A stretch of DNA of 64,000 nt, from the NCBI GenBank assembly GCA_000002435.2, contig CM018793.1; one strand, given 5' to 3'. The stretch comes from Giardia intestinalis (lineage: Eukaryota). Below the pieces are notes generated by a model. That model saw nothing but the letters and a program-made list of their open reading frames with translations. It searched no databases and was not told the origin of the DNA. Below, in pieces: positions 1-9,718 of the stretch (positions within the stretch are counted from its first letter, which is position 1; every line of letters starts with the position of its first letter). Made by a program: the position numbers and the translations under genes.

Positions 1-363
1 CGTGTACCGAACGACGAAGAGGGACCAGTCTGTTCCTGAGTTCTGTGCTATTTGGTAGGCAGAACGTACCTCCTCGCTGGACGATAGAAACGGTGTTGTC
101 GAGGTATTTAAATCTTCATGGGAATACTTTATGCGGACGCGAAAAAACTGTGATTTGAGAAAGCCTGCCTTGGTTTTATCCTGCAAGGCGATCTTTAAGC
201 TATCCAGTGTTTGGAAATCTTCGGGACTCAGATCAATGTCATAATATGTAGCGTATCTATAGCTTGGCCTGTCAATCGAGGCATCTTGGCGGAGTGAGCA
301 CAGCTCTATCCGGGTCCGGCGGGTGTACCCGTGCTCTGCGCCACCAAGCGAGTAGTTGTCCAT
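1..363 (-). CDS. Hypothetical protein, partial: start at ATG 361-363 and runs off the window start (about 121 codons visible: MDNYSLGGAEHGYTRRTRIEL...)
   Basis: Manual reverse-complement translation of 1-363 is open with no stop, downstream of the 442..858 gene in the same orientation. Not in the ORF track because it is truncated. Confidence 0.35.
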   Translation of the reverse strand, partial: MDNYSLGGAEHGYTRRTRIELCSLRQDASIDRPSYRYATYYDIDLSPEDFQTLDSLKIALQDKTKAGFLKSQFFRVRIKYSHEDLNTSTTPFLSSSEEVRSAYQIAQNSGTDWSLFVVRYT

Positions 364-441
364 CCGCAGCAGCCTTGCTTTTAATCCACGATTGGACACA
401 AAGACACGAAATTTGAAAAAAGGCCCATGTGCAGGCCTAGT

Positions 442-858
442 TTACTTAGGATTGACAGCCGGACCCTCAAGGTCGTACTGGTGCGGTAGCACGGCTGCGA
501 GTTCCTTGTTCGCACTGATGTCTGCCAAGAGCTGTCGAGTTTCACTCTGAAAAAAGCTATACAGTCTTAGATGCGCAGCAATCTTCAGCAAAGCCTGCTC
601 GCGCGTATAAGCCTTTTGTTGCAAACACGATAGAGCTGTCTTCGGATCTATTGCATACCGCGTGCATATAGCAGTAGTCAGCTGCATGTCATAGTTGATT
701 TGCTCTATCTCCTGCAGCAGTCTCTCTAGGCATCCTTTCAAAAAAGATACTGTTCCAACGATTCCATCCATCGCTTGTTGTATGTCGCCATAAGGAGCTT
801 TGCTCAGCCGAGTAGAGCCTATAGAGGTGGTCTTCTGGCCTGCATTTTCCCCATTCAT
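442..858 (-). CDS. Hypothetical protein (138 aa, predicted helical)
   Basis: Complete ATG..TAA ORF with non-repetitive composition. Its start codon overlaps the stop of the upstream gene as TAATG (856-860). Confidence 0.45.
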   Translation of the reverse strand: MNGENAGQKTTSIGSTRLSKAPYGDIQQAMDGIVGTVSFLKGCLERLLQEIEQINYDMQLTTAICTRYAIDPKTALSCLQQKAYTREQALLKIAAHLRLYSFFQSETRQLLADISANKELAAVLPHQYDLEGPAVNPK

Positions 859-1418
859 TATTTTTTGATCCTATTCTGCCGTGGGTCGTTATTATTGTGA
901 CTGTTATAATATCCTCTGTCACCTCGCTCGCCTCGCCTGAAATCTTTATTATCTCCTCGCCGAAAGTCTCGGCCGTCTCCCCGCCTATTATCTCCCTGCT
1001 TATAGGATCTGTAGCCTCGTTCCCGATGCGGATCATAAATGTTCCCTACCGTTTCGTTGAGCGCAAGAAAGCAACCCTCGACATCTGGCGGACGCATCCG
1101 CTGCCGGCTTGCCCACTGATTAAATGCTGTTCGGAAGTTATGAAGAGAACAAGCAGCACACAAGTGCATGGTGCTATAGGCAGACCACGTATTCTCGTCA
1201 AAGCCGTAGTTGAACGAAGGCGGGCCTGCGTTGCTCTCCGCAAGGGACTTGAGGAGAATAATATCGTTGGACACTACGGGGTTGCTTGCGGGAACAACGC
1301 ACCGCAGTGGGTGATTTAGTATTGCATTGTTGAAGTTAGTCACGTCTGCATCCGCATCTTCGCTGCTCTCTCCAGCATCGTGGATGAACAGCCCGGCGAC
1401 CCCTCTATCATCGGACAT
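858..1418 (-). CDS. Hypothetical protein with C-terminal RG/RGG-rich tail (…RRGDGRDFRRGDNKDFRRGERGDRGYY…), possible RNA-binding protein
   Basis: 186-aa ORF with an ATG start at 1416-1418 (checked). The RG-repeat tail is typical of arginine-methylated RNA-binding proteins. No catalytic motif recognised. Confidence 0.5.
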   Translation of the reverse strand: MSDDRGVAGLFIHDAGESSEDADADVTNFNNAILNHPLRCVVPASNPVVSNDIILLKSLAESNAGPPSFNYGFDENTWSAYSTMHLCAACSLHNFRTAFNQWASRQRMRPPDVEGCFLALNETVGNIYDPHRERGYRSYKQGDNRRGDGRDFRRGDNKDFRRGERGDRGYYNSHNNNDPRQNRIKK

Positions 1419-1430
1419 TTATTTTTTGTC

Positions 1431-2714
1431 ATGTCACTACCAAACATTGTGACCACTATGTTCCAGCCCACTGGGAGCGTCAACATCACAGCAGCAGCCA
1501 TATTACCTGGTGAGCAGCCTGCAGACGACGGAATTGTCTTTGCTCATAAGTCGAATTTGTACTATTACACAGCCTCTAACAATCAGCCCCAATGTTTGGC
1601 CAGTATGCCAGGACACACCTCAACAATAATAGCCATACTCACATATAGACAATCTCCATCTAACCCCCATAGCATACTCAGCGTGAGCCAATCCGGGGAA
1701 CTGATTCTTTGGAGCTTGACCACGTCCTCGCGGTCGCCAGCAGCAGTGCAATATACCCCTTCTCTCGTTGATGTGGGGAGATTGACAACTAGACCAATAA
1801 CTTGCATAGACGCACACGACAACAACACGATACTTTTGGGCTGTACGTCCTGCATCGTAATCTGTAGGCGTTTCAGCGTTAACACGCATTTTGAGCCAAC
1901 AAATATAGAATTCTGTCATGATCAAACTGGCCAGCTCAAGCTACAGACTGATCTGGCTGATAACCGATCTATGCATGGCAATATAATAACTGCACTGCAC
2001 TTGAAGCCGCTACTACTGCCTGACACTCCTAGCTCATCTCAGCTGGCCCTGTCTGCTGCGAGCGACTCGTTGGTCTATTGTTTTTACATTTCCATGGTTA
2101 ACGTAGTCTACTATGTGGAGGTCGCCTTGAAAAACGGGCAGGACACTTCCTCGAGCCAGGGGAGAGACTACCGACCCCAGGAGCCTCAGCAGCAGAACGC
2201 ACAGCAGGCCCCCGTTCCAATGTCTCATCGTATCATATGGCGCAACGATCACCAGCCAGTAATAGATTCTATTTACTCTACCACCATTGGCAGTACTGAG
2301 TACATTTTCTTCGGTCGTCGGAATGGCAACCTGACCATATTGAGCTTCGATAAAAATGCCCAACAATATAGCCCATTGTATGACGGCCCACTGACCCCCT
2401 CGCTTCTTACTGACTTGGGAACAAATCACATGTTGCAGAATAGGTCCAGTATACGGCTTATCCAGGCGTTTGCAAAGTTCAACACGCTCTGCATTGTCTC
2501 AATGGATTCGACCGTTCTCTTTCTCAACCTAAAGAAGCTTGGCGAGTGCAGTAAGAAGATTTCTAATCTGTCTCTGCTGACCCAATCTGTCGTTAGGCAC
2601 GTTGGAAGGTACATTACTGCGTCTTTTGAGCAGCTGCATTCGGAAGCGGAGGGACCCGTTTTACGCCTCTTTGCTATGGCCCCTACCACCGATACATCTG
2701 TAGTTCTATGTTAA
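1431..2714 (+). CDS. Hypothetical protein, possibly WD-repeat / beta-propeller-like
   Basis: The ORF track start at 1380 is GTG. The first in-frame ATG is 1431 (ATGTCACTACCAAAC). WD-like strands are present (…SGELILWSL…, …ITCIDAHDNNTILLGCTS…). Confidence 0.5.
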   Translation: MSLPNIVTTMFQPTGSVNITAAAILPGEQPADDGIVFAHKSNLYYYTASNNQPQCLASMPGHTSTIIAILTYRQSPSNPHSILSVSQSGELILWSLTTSSRSPAAVQYTPSLVDVGRLTTRPITCIDAHDNNTILLGCTSCIVICRRFSVNTHFEPTNIEFCHDQTGQLKLQTDLADNRSMHGNIITALHLKPLLLPDTPSSSQLALSAASDSLVYCFYISMVNVVYYVEVALKNGQDTSSSQGRDYRPQEPQQQNAQQAPVPMSHRIIWRNDHQPVIDSIYSTTIGSTEYIFFGRRNGNLTILSFDKNAQQYSPLYDGPLTPSLLTDLGTNHMLQNRSSIRLIQAFAKFNTLCIVSMDSTVLFLNLKKLGECSKKISNLSLLTQSVVRHVGRYITASFEQLHSEAEGPVLRLFAMAPTTDTSVVLC

Positions 2715-2746
2715 GGCTTCGAGGTTTTCAGCGAAATCTTCTATAA

Positions 2747-3952
2747 ATGTCTTCCTTGGCGCGCGTTAACGGGGTCATTATTTTCGCTTCACCCAGGCGC
2801 TTATTTTGCCTTACAAGCTCCCCGCTTGCTGGTACGGCGCGAGAAACCCAGTGGACACTCAAAGAATGGCATCATGGCATCGATTTGGAAGATAGAATGA
2901 TCTTAGAACTTGCTGGGGGAAGAGTGCCAGATAGAATGTCTGTCCTCGCTGTTCTTCTAGATGACAAAAGGGTCCTACTGATATGGATCCCTTCTGGCTG
3001 CCCAGACGAACCTGCGCCTGTTTCCTATTCAGTCACGTCAACTTATAGAAAGGCGTCTGCCGCTGTGATCAGCGACGGAGTTCTTGTTATATCTGATAGG
3101 TTCGGAAGCGTCTACTCGCATAGCCTTACAAGTCTAGAGCTAGATAGATCCAAACACAATGATCTGTCCACCCCCATCAACAAGGCCGTTACTTTTGCTC
3201 TGGCTGAGCCCGTCGCAGGGAGATGCACAACAATAACGTCACTGATCGCAGGACCGGACAGATCTGTTTACTTTAGCGATCGAGATGGAGTGATCGTGGG
3301 ATCTAAGATAGACTCCCTTCACGATATCCGTTGCATATGGAGCACTAAGAACACGTATCTGGAGCAGATACTACCGTGGCATTCGGGTGGTGTCCTTGCA
3401 CTTGGGGACCTTGGCATATTCCATTGTCGGTATTCGCAGGAGAAGCTATCTAGCGAGCCTGTTATATTGAATGACCAGCTGAGCAGTCCGACCGGTTCCA
3501 CTGTTCACATGTGCATGTGCATGTCTCAGCAGGGCACCGCAGTCTTTGCTGCAGTCTTAACGGTAACCACAGCCAAATTTTCGCGAAAGCTCGACATAGT
3601 GAGCCTTACAATCAGTGAGATCACAATCAGTGACGAGAAGATATCTGTCACTGAAATATTCACTTACGACATTGGAGCTTGCCTGGACTGGGAAAGTGAC
3701 ACACTCACTCTTAGGCAGCTTTCACGTAGTAAGATAATGCGCGCATACGATGTGATTCCACTCCGGGGTTCTCTAGGGCCTGTGTCGGGCGATTCCATGC
3801 CACTGTTTTTGGACAACTTGGGCACTCTTTTCTGCACCGGCACTGAGCTGGTGTCGGTCTACCCCAAAACTCTGAGCAATGAAGTCTTAGCCGAATGGGC
3901 GTGCAGTGATCGAGTGGTCATGGAGCACGGGCACCGCCAAGCGAAGCTATAG
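2747..3952 (+). CDS. Hypothetical protein (401 aa)
   Basis: ATG at 2747 preceded by AT-rich TTCTATAAATG. Long ORF with no recognisable catalytic motif. Confidence 0.5.
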   Translation: MSSLARVNGVIIFASPRRLFCLTSSPLAGTARETQWTLKEWHHGIDLEDRMILELAGGRVPDRMSVLAVLLDDKRVLLIWIPSGCPDEPAPVSYSVTSTYRKASAAVISDGVLVISDRFGSVYSHSLTSLELDRSKHNDLSTPINKAVTFALAEPVAGRCTTITSLIAGPDRSVYFSDRDGVIVGSKIDSLHDIRCIWSTKNTYLEQILPWHSGGVLALGDLGIFHCRYSQEKLSSEPVILNDQLSSPTGSTVHMCMCMSQQGTAVFAAVLTVTTAKFSRKLDIVSLTISEITISDEKISVTEIFTYDIGACLDWESDTLTLRQLSRSKIMRAYDVIPLRGSLGPVSGDSMPLFLDNLGTLFCTGTELVSVYPKTLSNEVLAEWACSDRVVMEHGHRQAKL

Positions 3953-4051
3953 ACACACTCATGTTGCGCTGAATGAAGCCTGTTAGAATTAGCTTAAAAA
4001 ATAGCGAGAATATTAATTTTATATCCATAAACTTTGCTAAAATTCTTGTAA

Positions 4052-5389
4052 ATGGAGGCTCCGTCTACGATCAAGGCTATCAAGGCCCGCATGATCATCG
4101 ATTCCCGTGGGACCCCCACGACGGAGGTCGAGCTCACCACCCAGCTGGGCGTGTTCCGCGCTGCGTGCCCCTCTGGAGCATCTACAGGGATGCACGAGGC
4201 TCTCGAGCTCCGAGACAAGGACCCGAGCGCCTTCCGGGGCAAGGGGGTTGAGCAGGCTCTCGAGAATATCAGGAAGATCATTGCTCCCGCGCTGATAGGC
4301 ATGCCTGTCCGTGACCAGCGTGCGATAGACGAGAAGCTCCAGGAGCTGGATGGGACCGCGGGTAAGACCTTCAGTATCCTCGGGGCGAATGCTGTGCTGC
4401 CCGTCTCGATGGCTTGCTGCCTTGCCGCAGCACGCGAGGAGCACATCAGCCTTTATCAGTATCTTAACAGGCTTGCCAACAGCAACAGCAGCAACGTAAC
4501 AGGCGCTAGGGATGTGAGGCTTCCGGTTCCCTGCATGAACATCATCAATGGTGGGAAGCACGCTGGCAACAAGCTTGGGCCCCAGGAGTACATGATAGCT
4601 CCCACAAAGGCGAAGAACTTCATGCAGGCCATGCAGATGGGTTGCGAGGTCTACTCAAAGCTTAAGGAGATCCTCAAGGACGAGTTTGGGCTTGCGGCGA
4701 CCGCCGTCGGTGACGAGGGCGGCTTTGCTCCCAACGTTGCTGATCCAGAGGTTCCTCTCAAGTACATCACAAAGGCCATCGACGCGTGCGGGTACAACGG
4801 CCTCATGGGCATCTGCATTGATGCCGCGGCATCGGAGTTCTATTCCAAGAACGAGAACGTCTATGATTTGAACTTCAAGGATCCCGAGAACCCCAACAAG
4901 GTCAGCGGCGCTGAGCTCGCAAACATCTACCTTGGCTGGTGCAGACGCTACCCAATCGTCTCTTTTGAGGACCCGTTCGATGAGGAGGATCATACCACGT
5001 TTGCAAACTTCCTCGCTGCGCTCAGGCAGGAAGGTCTTCCGACACAGGTTGTCGGTGATGACTTGACTGTTTCGCAGGTGTCACACATCCAGAAGGCCGA
5101 AACGTACAAATCTTGTAGCGCCCTGCTCCTCAAGATCAATCAGGTCGGAACTATCACTGGTGCGATTGATGCTGCGAATCTTGCGATGTCTTATGGCTGG
5201 AGCGTCATGGTCTCACATCGCTCTGGTGAAACGGAGGACGTGTTCATTGCCCATCTGGCGACGGCTCTCGGGTGTGGCCAGATCAAGTCTGGCGCTCCGA
5301 GCCGCTCTGAGCGCTGCGCTAAGTACAATGAGCTTCTTCGCATTGAGGATAGCACCAAGATACCTTATGGTTTCGAGGCCTGGAAGTGA
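4052..5389 (+). CDS. ENO: Enolase (phosphopyruvate hydratase)
   Basis: Full-length 445-aa match to the enolase family: IIDSRGTPTTEVEL, SGASTGMHEALELRD, LLLKINQVGT, SHRSGETED signature, AGQIKSGAPSRSER. AT-rich initiator TTGTAAATG. AGTGAAT polyA signal 10 nt after the stop. Confidence 0.97.
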   Translation: MEAPSTIKAIKARMIIDSRGTPTTEVELTTQLGVFRAACPSGASTGMHEALELRDKDPSAFRGKGVEQALENIRKIIAPALIGMPVRDQRAIDEKLQELDGTAGKTFSILGANAVLPVSMACCLAAAREEHISLYQYLNRLANSNSSNVTGARDVRLPVPCMNIINGGKHAGNKLGPQEYMIAPTKAKNFMQAMQMGCEVYSKLKEILKDEFGLAATAVGDEGGFAPNVADPEVPLKYITKAIDACGYNGLMGICIDAAASEFYSKNENVYDLNFKDPENPNKVSGAELANIYLGWCRRYPIVSFEDPFDEEDHTTFANFLAALRQEGLPTQVVGDDLTVSQVSHIQKAETYKSCSALLLKINQVGTITGAIDAANLAMSYGWSVMVSHRSGETEDVFIAHLATALGCGQIKSGAPSRSERCAKYNELLRIEDSTKIPYGFEAWK

Positions 5390-5398
5390 GGTTGTGCA

Positions 5399-5405
5399 AG
5401 TGAAT
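5399..5405 (+). promoter_or_regulatory. Giardia-type polyadenylation signal AGTGAAT (AGTRAAY) downstream of enolase
   Basis: Lies 10 nt 3' of the TGA stop at 5387-5389. Matches the known Giardia polyA consensus. Confidence 0.6.
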
Positions 5406-5491
5406 TTTTCTGTGTCTTGACTTGCTAATGCTAGTGCCGGGAATGTGTTCGCATTCGTATGGTTCGCTGGCCTGGAGGACCCTGAAAATTA

Positions 5492-6454
5492 ATGTCGGTC
5501 GTCATCTCAGGAAAGATCACCGGCGTCTCGGCTGACTTTTGTGAGGCGTGCTCTCACACAGCTGTCCACATGTACAATGGCTTACTCTATTGCTTTGGAG
5601 GCGGAAAGAAAGGAAGTAACTATCTATTCCGTGTAAGCGAGAAGCTCTCTGTTTCATCGAGACGACCTATGCCATGTCTTCCCAGGACGCTGAATGCAAC
5701 CTGCATCACCAATAACAGATTATACTCTCTGGGAGGCTGCGAATCTATGTTGAACATTCACGATGGACTGATCAGCGGAGATGTATTGAGCATAATTAAC
5801 CTCGTGGATAACTCCTATTGTGAAGTTTTCTTGATAGGCGTTAAGATACCCGGACTAGTGGGTGCAACCCTCCTGCCCCTGGACTCAGCAAACATACTGC
5901 TTTGCGGCGGTGCCGATAGCTCCGGTCAAGCGTCGACAGTTTTCTATCTAATTAGTACCACTGAGTACCGCGTATCTATATACTGCGAGTTTCCGGCTCC
6001 TGGCATTGGTTCGTCATTCACCCTTGTGAACGGGGTCATTTATGCATTCGGAGGGCAGACGACAGGAGGCCTAGGAAACACCCTATACACCTTAACTGTT
6101 TCAAAAGCCACAGAAGAAAGACAATGGACGTCGCACAGAGTTCCTTCAAAGATTCCAAGGAGATACTGCCACTCTGCATGTGGGTACGAAGGCTATCTAG
6201 CTATCTTTGGGGGCCGGACAGAGACACGTATACTTAATGATATGTGGATCTACATCCCTCAATCTGATGAATGGCGAAAAATTGTCTGTCCTCCGTCTCT
6301 AGGTGGTCGATACTCAGCTCCCATGTGTGGCTTAAAAGAAGGGATTCTTGTGGCCGGCGGTATCGGGGCGCTCGCTATTTACGGCGCTCCCTTCATTGTA
6401 GAGCCGCTGTACTCCCTAACCAAAAGTCCAGTTAAACAAGTGGCACTCATATAA
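5492..6454 (+). CDS. Kelch-repeat (beta-propeller) protein
   Basis: Six recurring Kelch-like blades with GG doublets (LLYCFGGG, LYSLGGCES, ILLCGGADSSG, VIYAFGGQTTGG, YLAIFGGRTETRILNDMWIY, ILVAGGIG). Confidence 0.6.
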   Translation: MSVVISGKITGVSADFCEACSHTAVHMYNGLLYCFGGGKKGSNYLFRVSEKLSVSSRRPMPCLPRTLNATCITNNRLYSLGGCESMLNIHDGLISGDVLSIINLVDNSYCEVFLIGVKIPGLVGATLLPLDSANILLCGGADSSGQASTVFYLISTTEYRVSIYCEFPAPGIGSSFTLVNGVIYAFGGQTTGGLGNTLYTLTVSKATEERQWTSHRVPSKIPRRYCHSACGYEGYLAIFGGRTETRILNDMWIYIPQSDEWRKIVCPPSLGGRYSAPMCGLKEGILVAGGIGALAIYGAPFIVEPLYSLTKSPVKQVALI

Positions 6455-6476
6455 ATTTACGGTGCAAAAAGAGAGT

Positions 6477-9400
6477 ATGTCGACCAACGATAATTTGTCG
6501 TCGTCATCTTTCGCAGAGCACGAGCCTTTAGAGGGTGACTGGCTAGATAACTTCTTGGAGGAAGATGAGGCTGGCTCCCATGCTGATGACACATTACCGC
6601 TGGATTCTGACGCTGAGCGCGAGGCTTTTGAGAAGCCCCTGCTTCCTGAGCAGCGATACTATGCCGAGCGAGCCATCGATCTCCGTAATACCCTAGAGCG
6701 GCCACAAGGGAATCGCTTTCTTGGACTATTCAATGACAGCATTCTACAAGGTCGAAGCTCCTTTCTGGATGAAAATCCATCCGAGAATACGCTTGATACG
6801 ACAATAACAGATCAGGACAGAGACAAGCTCTACCATCTAGAGTACTTGCGCAGGAGTGGCCGAAGCTGGCAACCCATAGAATACACGGATGTCAAGCTAG
6901 AAAAGGTTCAGTTTACAGACGTTGAAGGTGCCATATCTGCATTTCTAATCCGCCCCAACGATCCTATGATTCGTAAGCAAATCGTAAAGGAGTTTTATAA
7001 CTTTCTATGCATGTACACAGATACCCCATCAGTGCCCGAGCTCACCGCTAAACTCCACGATCCAGAAAGCCAAGGCAAACCCATTTCAGATTCGTACCTC
7101 AGAGACCTCCAGAGTCTTGGCCAAAGCTACACCCCTCTCGATGAAGTAACCTCCATAACTGATACGTACGTTACTAGGAAGTCACAACCAGAGTCCCGCG
7201 TACCTTATTATATATCCCAACTCCTTAATTTGTTCCAGCACCGCATTGTGGACTCGTTGACCGTGAACCTTCTGCATCTCTACAAATACAAACCGGCTCT
7301 ATGTAAGCTTGTGCTTGAGCACCCGACGGAAACAATCTCAATCATCGATGAGGCCACACTATTCTTCGTGCATCGTGTAGAGTCCAACTACATACTTTCA
7401 AATAATAGGATAACTAGTCGGTTTCTCATTCCATATCTCAAGCCAAGCGATTTAGTAGCTTTAGGAATAGACTGCGCGGAGTATGATTTACTTGAGAAGT
7501 CATGGAAGAGCTTGAAGTCTGCGTGCCTTAACAAGTACGTCCGTTTAACAGGAGTTGTCACAACAAAGAGCACTAGGCTCCCTCGCCTCTCACAGGTGAC
7601 TATGCTTTGCAGGGACTGCGGGGCTGAAATGGGTCCTTTCAACCTGTCTGCCAGAGGCACCATAACCACCAAGGAAACTGTCCGGTCTGACCAGCAGGCG
7701 ATTGCGTTTCTTCCTAAGAGGTGCATAAATGAAACGTGTCGCTCGAGCAAGCTATATATTAGTACAAGTGGAACCACTTACGAAGATTTCCAGCGCATAA
7801 CAGTTCAGGAGCCTCCTAATAGTGTTGTCAGCGGTCAGCTTCCCGAGAAAAAGGAGGTTCTTTTAACTGGGGACCTCATAGATAAGGTGAAGCCGGGAGA
7901 TATGATCGTTGTTTGCGGGGTATATCGCCACATTTACGACGGGAAACTGAATAGACGGGTTGGGTTTCCTGTCTTTTCAACCCTTATTGTAGCAAACTAT
8001 GTTGCTAAAGTCTCTGACGTTTTCTTTAATTTCACGGCAGACGACAGTGCGGCAATGACCAGATTGGCAACCACCCTCAGTGGTGATGAGCTAGACAGTT
8101 TATTTCTGAAAGCCATAGCGCCGTCAATCCACGGAATGCAGGTCGTTAAGCAGGCAATTCTCATGGCCCTGGTCGGTGGGATATCCCACGCTCTAGACGG
8201 AGGAAGTGGCCAGGCTGCCTCACGATTCACAAGAGGCGATCTCCACATGCTGATACTCGGAGATCCTGGCGTGTCTAAGTCCCAGCTTCTTAAGTATGTA
8301 CAGCATATCTCACCAAAGTGCGTCTATACCAGCGGAAAGGGTTCATCGGCGGCCGGCCTCACCGTGTCGGTTAAAAAGTCAAGCGTGACAGGAGAATTCT
8401 ACTTGCAAGCTGGGGCTCTGGTTCTTGCAAACGGTGGGATTTGCATTATTGATGAGCTGGACAAGATGAACGAGATAGATAGAACAGCTCTGCACCAAGC
8501 AATGGAGCAACAGACGGTGTCCGTAGCAAAAGCAGGCATAATATCTACTTTGGAAGCTCGTGCGGGAATCATAGCCGCGGCCAACCCCGTCAGCGGCCAG
8601 TACGTCTCCAGCCTTCCAGTGACCTGCAATCTCAACATCGGTGATGCATTGATGAGCAGGTTTGACTTGATATGTGTTGTGAAAGACATGGTTAATTATG
8701 AGACAGACCTGGCCATGTCTAAGTTTATTGTTCAGCAGCATTGCAGGGCACACCCGTATGTTGGAGAGGCCATAGACTATCTGACGATGTATAGAGAGGA
8801 GATTGGTCAATTGGAGGCTCGTTTGCAGGCGCTAGAGCAACCAGAAGACAATCAAGAAAACACAGACGCCTCAAAAGCCGTTCGCGATGAGATAGACCAA
8901 TTGAGTGGACGATACAATAGGATAGTGCAGACACTAACGAACCTGTTTGGCGTAGACCACACAGAGGCAATCCTGGGCAGAGGACTTGTTGTCGACTCAG
9001 ACTATCCAGAGTTTATTGACGGGGAGCTATCCTCTAGACAAATAGTCGACCTTATTTTGGGTGCTACTGACGCCACTGGAGATCGAGCTAACATAGGGCC
9101 AAAGCATAATAATTACATCCTCCCACAAACCTTTCTAACAAGGTACATCTTTTATGCACGAATGATGCGACCCCAGTTAACCAAAGAGTGTCAGGACATC
9201 ATCTCAAAGTTTTACACTAATGTTCGACAGATGGTCACCACCGGATGCACTCCGATTACAAATCGACAGATAGGTACTTTGTTTCGTCTTGCCGAAGCTC
9301 ATGCACGCCTACATCTGCGCAAATCCGTAACCAAAGATGATGGTAACTTTGCTATTCGACTTTTTTCTGCACTATATGTGCCACAGCAGAAGGGTGCGCT

Positions 9401-9704
9401 CCAGTATGGTGTGCAGAATAAGCTTGGGACCATTTGTAACATAGAGCGAGATAAGTTTGGCGCAATCATGGCAGTGCTTGCTGACTGCATACGTTCAGCA
9501 CAAGTGTATAAGGAGACTCAAGGTGGCTCTAAGGCTGTGAGTGAGGTTCGCATCACTCCTGCATATCTAAAAGCTGAGTGCGAAATACACAATGTAGAGT
9601 TTATTAGCGGATTTCTGCAATCTCCTGTTCTTCGGCGAGGATACACCTTGGAGTATGATGCATCTGGTACGGTTACTCACATAATTAAAAAATACGCTTC
9701 ATAA
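6477..9704 (+). CDS. MCM-family replicative helicase subunit (MCM2-7 class; Walker A and zinc finger look most like MCM7) with a long N-terminal extension and a coiled-coil insertion
   Basis: Walker A GDPGVSKSQLLKY, Walker B CIIDELDKM, arginine finger SRFDL, zinc finger CRDCG…CINETC (CX2C…CX4C). ORF-track start 6462 is GTG; the first ATG is 6477. Only 22 bp separates it from the upstream gene. Confidence 0.85.
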   Translation: MSTNDNLSSSSFAEHEPLEGDWLDNFLEEDEAGSHADDTLPLDSDAEREAFEKPLLPEQRYYAERAIDLRNTLERPQGNRFLGLFNDSILQGRSSFLDENPSENTLDTTITDQDRDKLYHLEYLRRSGRSWQPIEYTDVKLEKVQFTDVEGAISAFLIRPNDPMIRKQIVKEFYNFLCMYTDTPSVPELTAKLHDPESQGKPISDSYLRDLQSLGQSYTPLDEVTSITDTYVTRKSQPESRVPYYISQLLNLFQHRIVDSLTVNLLHLYKYKPALCKLVLEHPTETISIIDEATLFFVHRVESNYILSNNRITSRFLIPYLKPSDLVALGIDCAEYDLLEKSWKSLKSACLNKYVRLTGVVTTKSTRLPRLSQVTMLCRDCGAEMGPFNLSARGTITTKETVRSDQQAIAFLPKRCINETCRSSKLYISTSGTTYEDFQRITVQEPPNSVVSGQLPEKKEVLLTGDLIDKVKPGDMIVVCGVYRHIYDGKLNRRVGFPVFSTLIVANYVAKVSDVFFNFTADDSAAMTRLATTLSGDELDSLFLKAIAPSIHGMQVVKQAILMALVGGISHALDGGSGQAASRFTRGDLHMLILGDPGVSKSQLLKYVQHISPKCVYTSGKGSSAAGLTVSVKKSSVTGEFYLQAGALVLANGGICIIDELDKMNEIDRTALHQAMEQQTVSVAKAGIISTLEARAGIIAAANPVSGQYVSSLPVTCNLNIGDALMSRFDLICVVKDMVNYETDLAMSKFIVQQHCRAHPYVGEAIDYLTMYREEIGQLEARLQALEQPEDNQENTDASKAVRDEIDQLSGRYNRIVQTLTNLFGVDHTEAILGRGLVVDSDYPEFIDGELSSRQIVDLILGATDATGDRANIGPKHNNYILPQTFLTRYIFYARMMRPQLTKECQDIISKFYTNVRQMVTTGCTPITNRQIGTLFRLAEAHARLHLRKSVTKDDGNFAIRLFSALYVPQQKGALQYGVQNKLGTICNIERDKFGAIMAVLADCIRSAQVYKETQGGSKAVSEVRITPAYLKAECEIHNVEFISGFLQSPVLRRGYTLEYDASGTVTHIIKKYAS

Positions 9705-9718
9705 ATCTGAGCCTCGAA

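Noticed and set aside
856-860. Interpreting TAATG overlap as a bacterial-style translationally coupled operon
   Set aside because: The organism is eukaryotic. Compact or overlapping monocistronic genes are normal in Giardia. Retained only as a curiosity.
356-1319. Plus-strand ORFs 356..550 and 897..1319
   Set aside because: They overlap better-supported minus-strand genes and have low-complexity translations.
1431-3952. Possibility that 1431..2714 and 2747..3952 are one frameshifted gene
   Set aside because: The second ORF has its own AT-rich initiator (TTCTATAAATG) and a clean stop precedes it. No sequence-level evidence of a shared domain spanning the gap.
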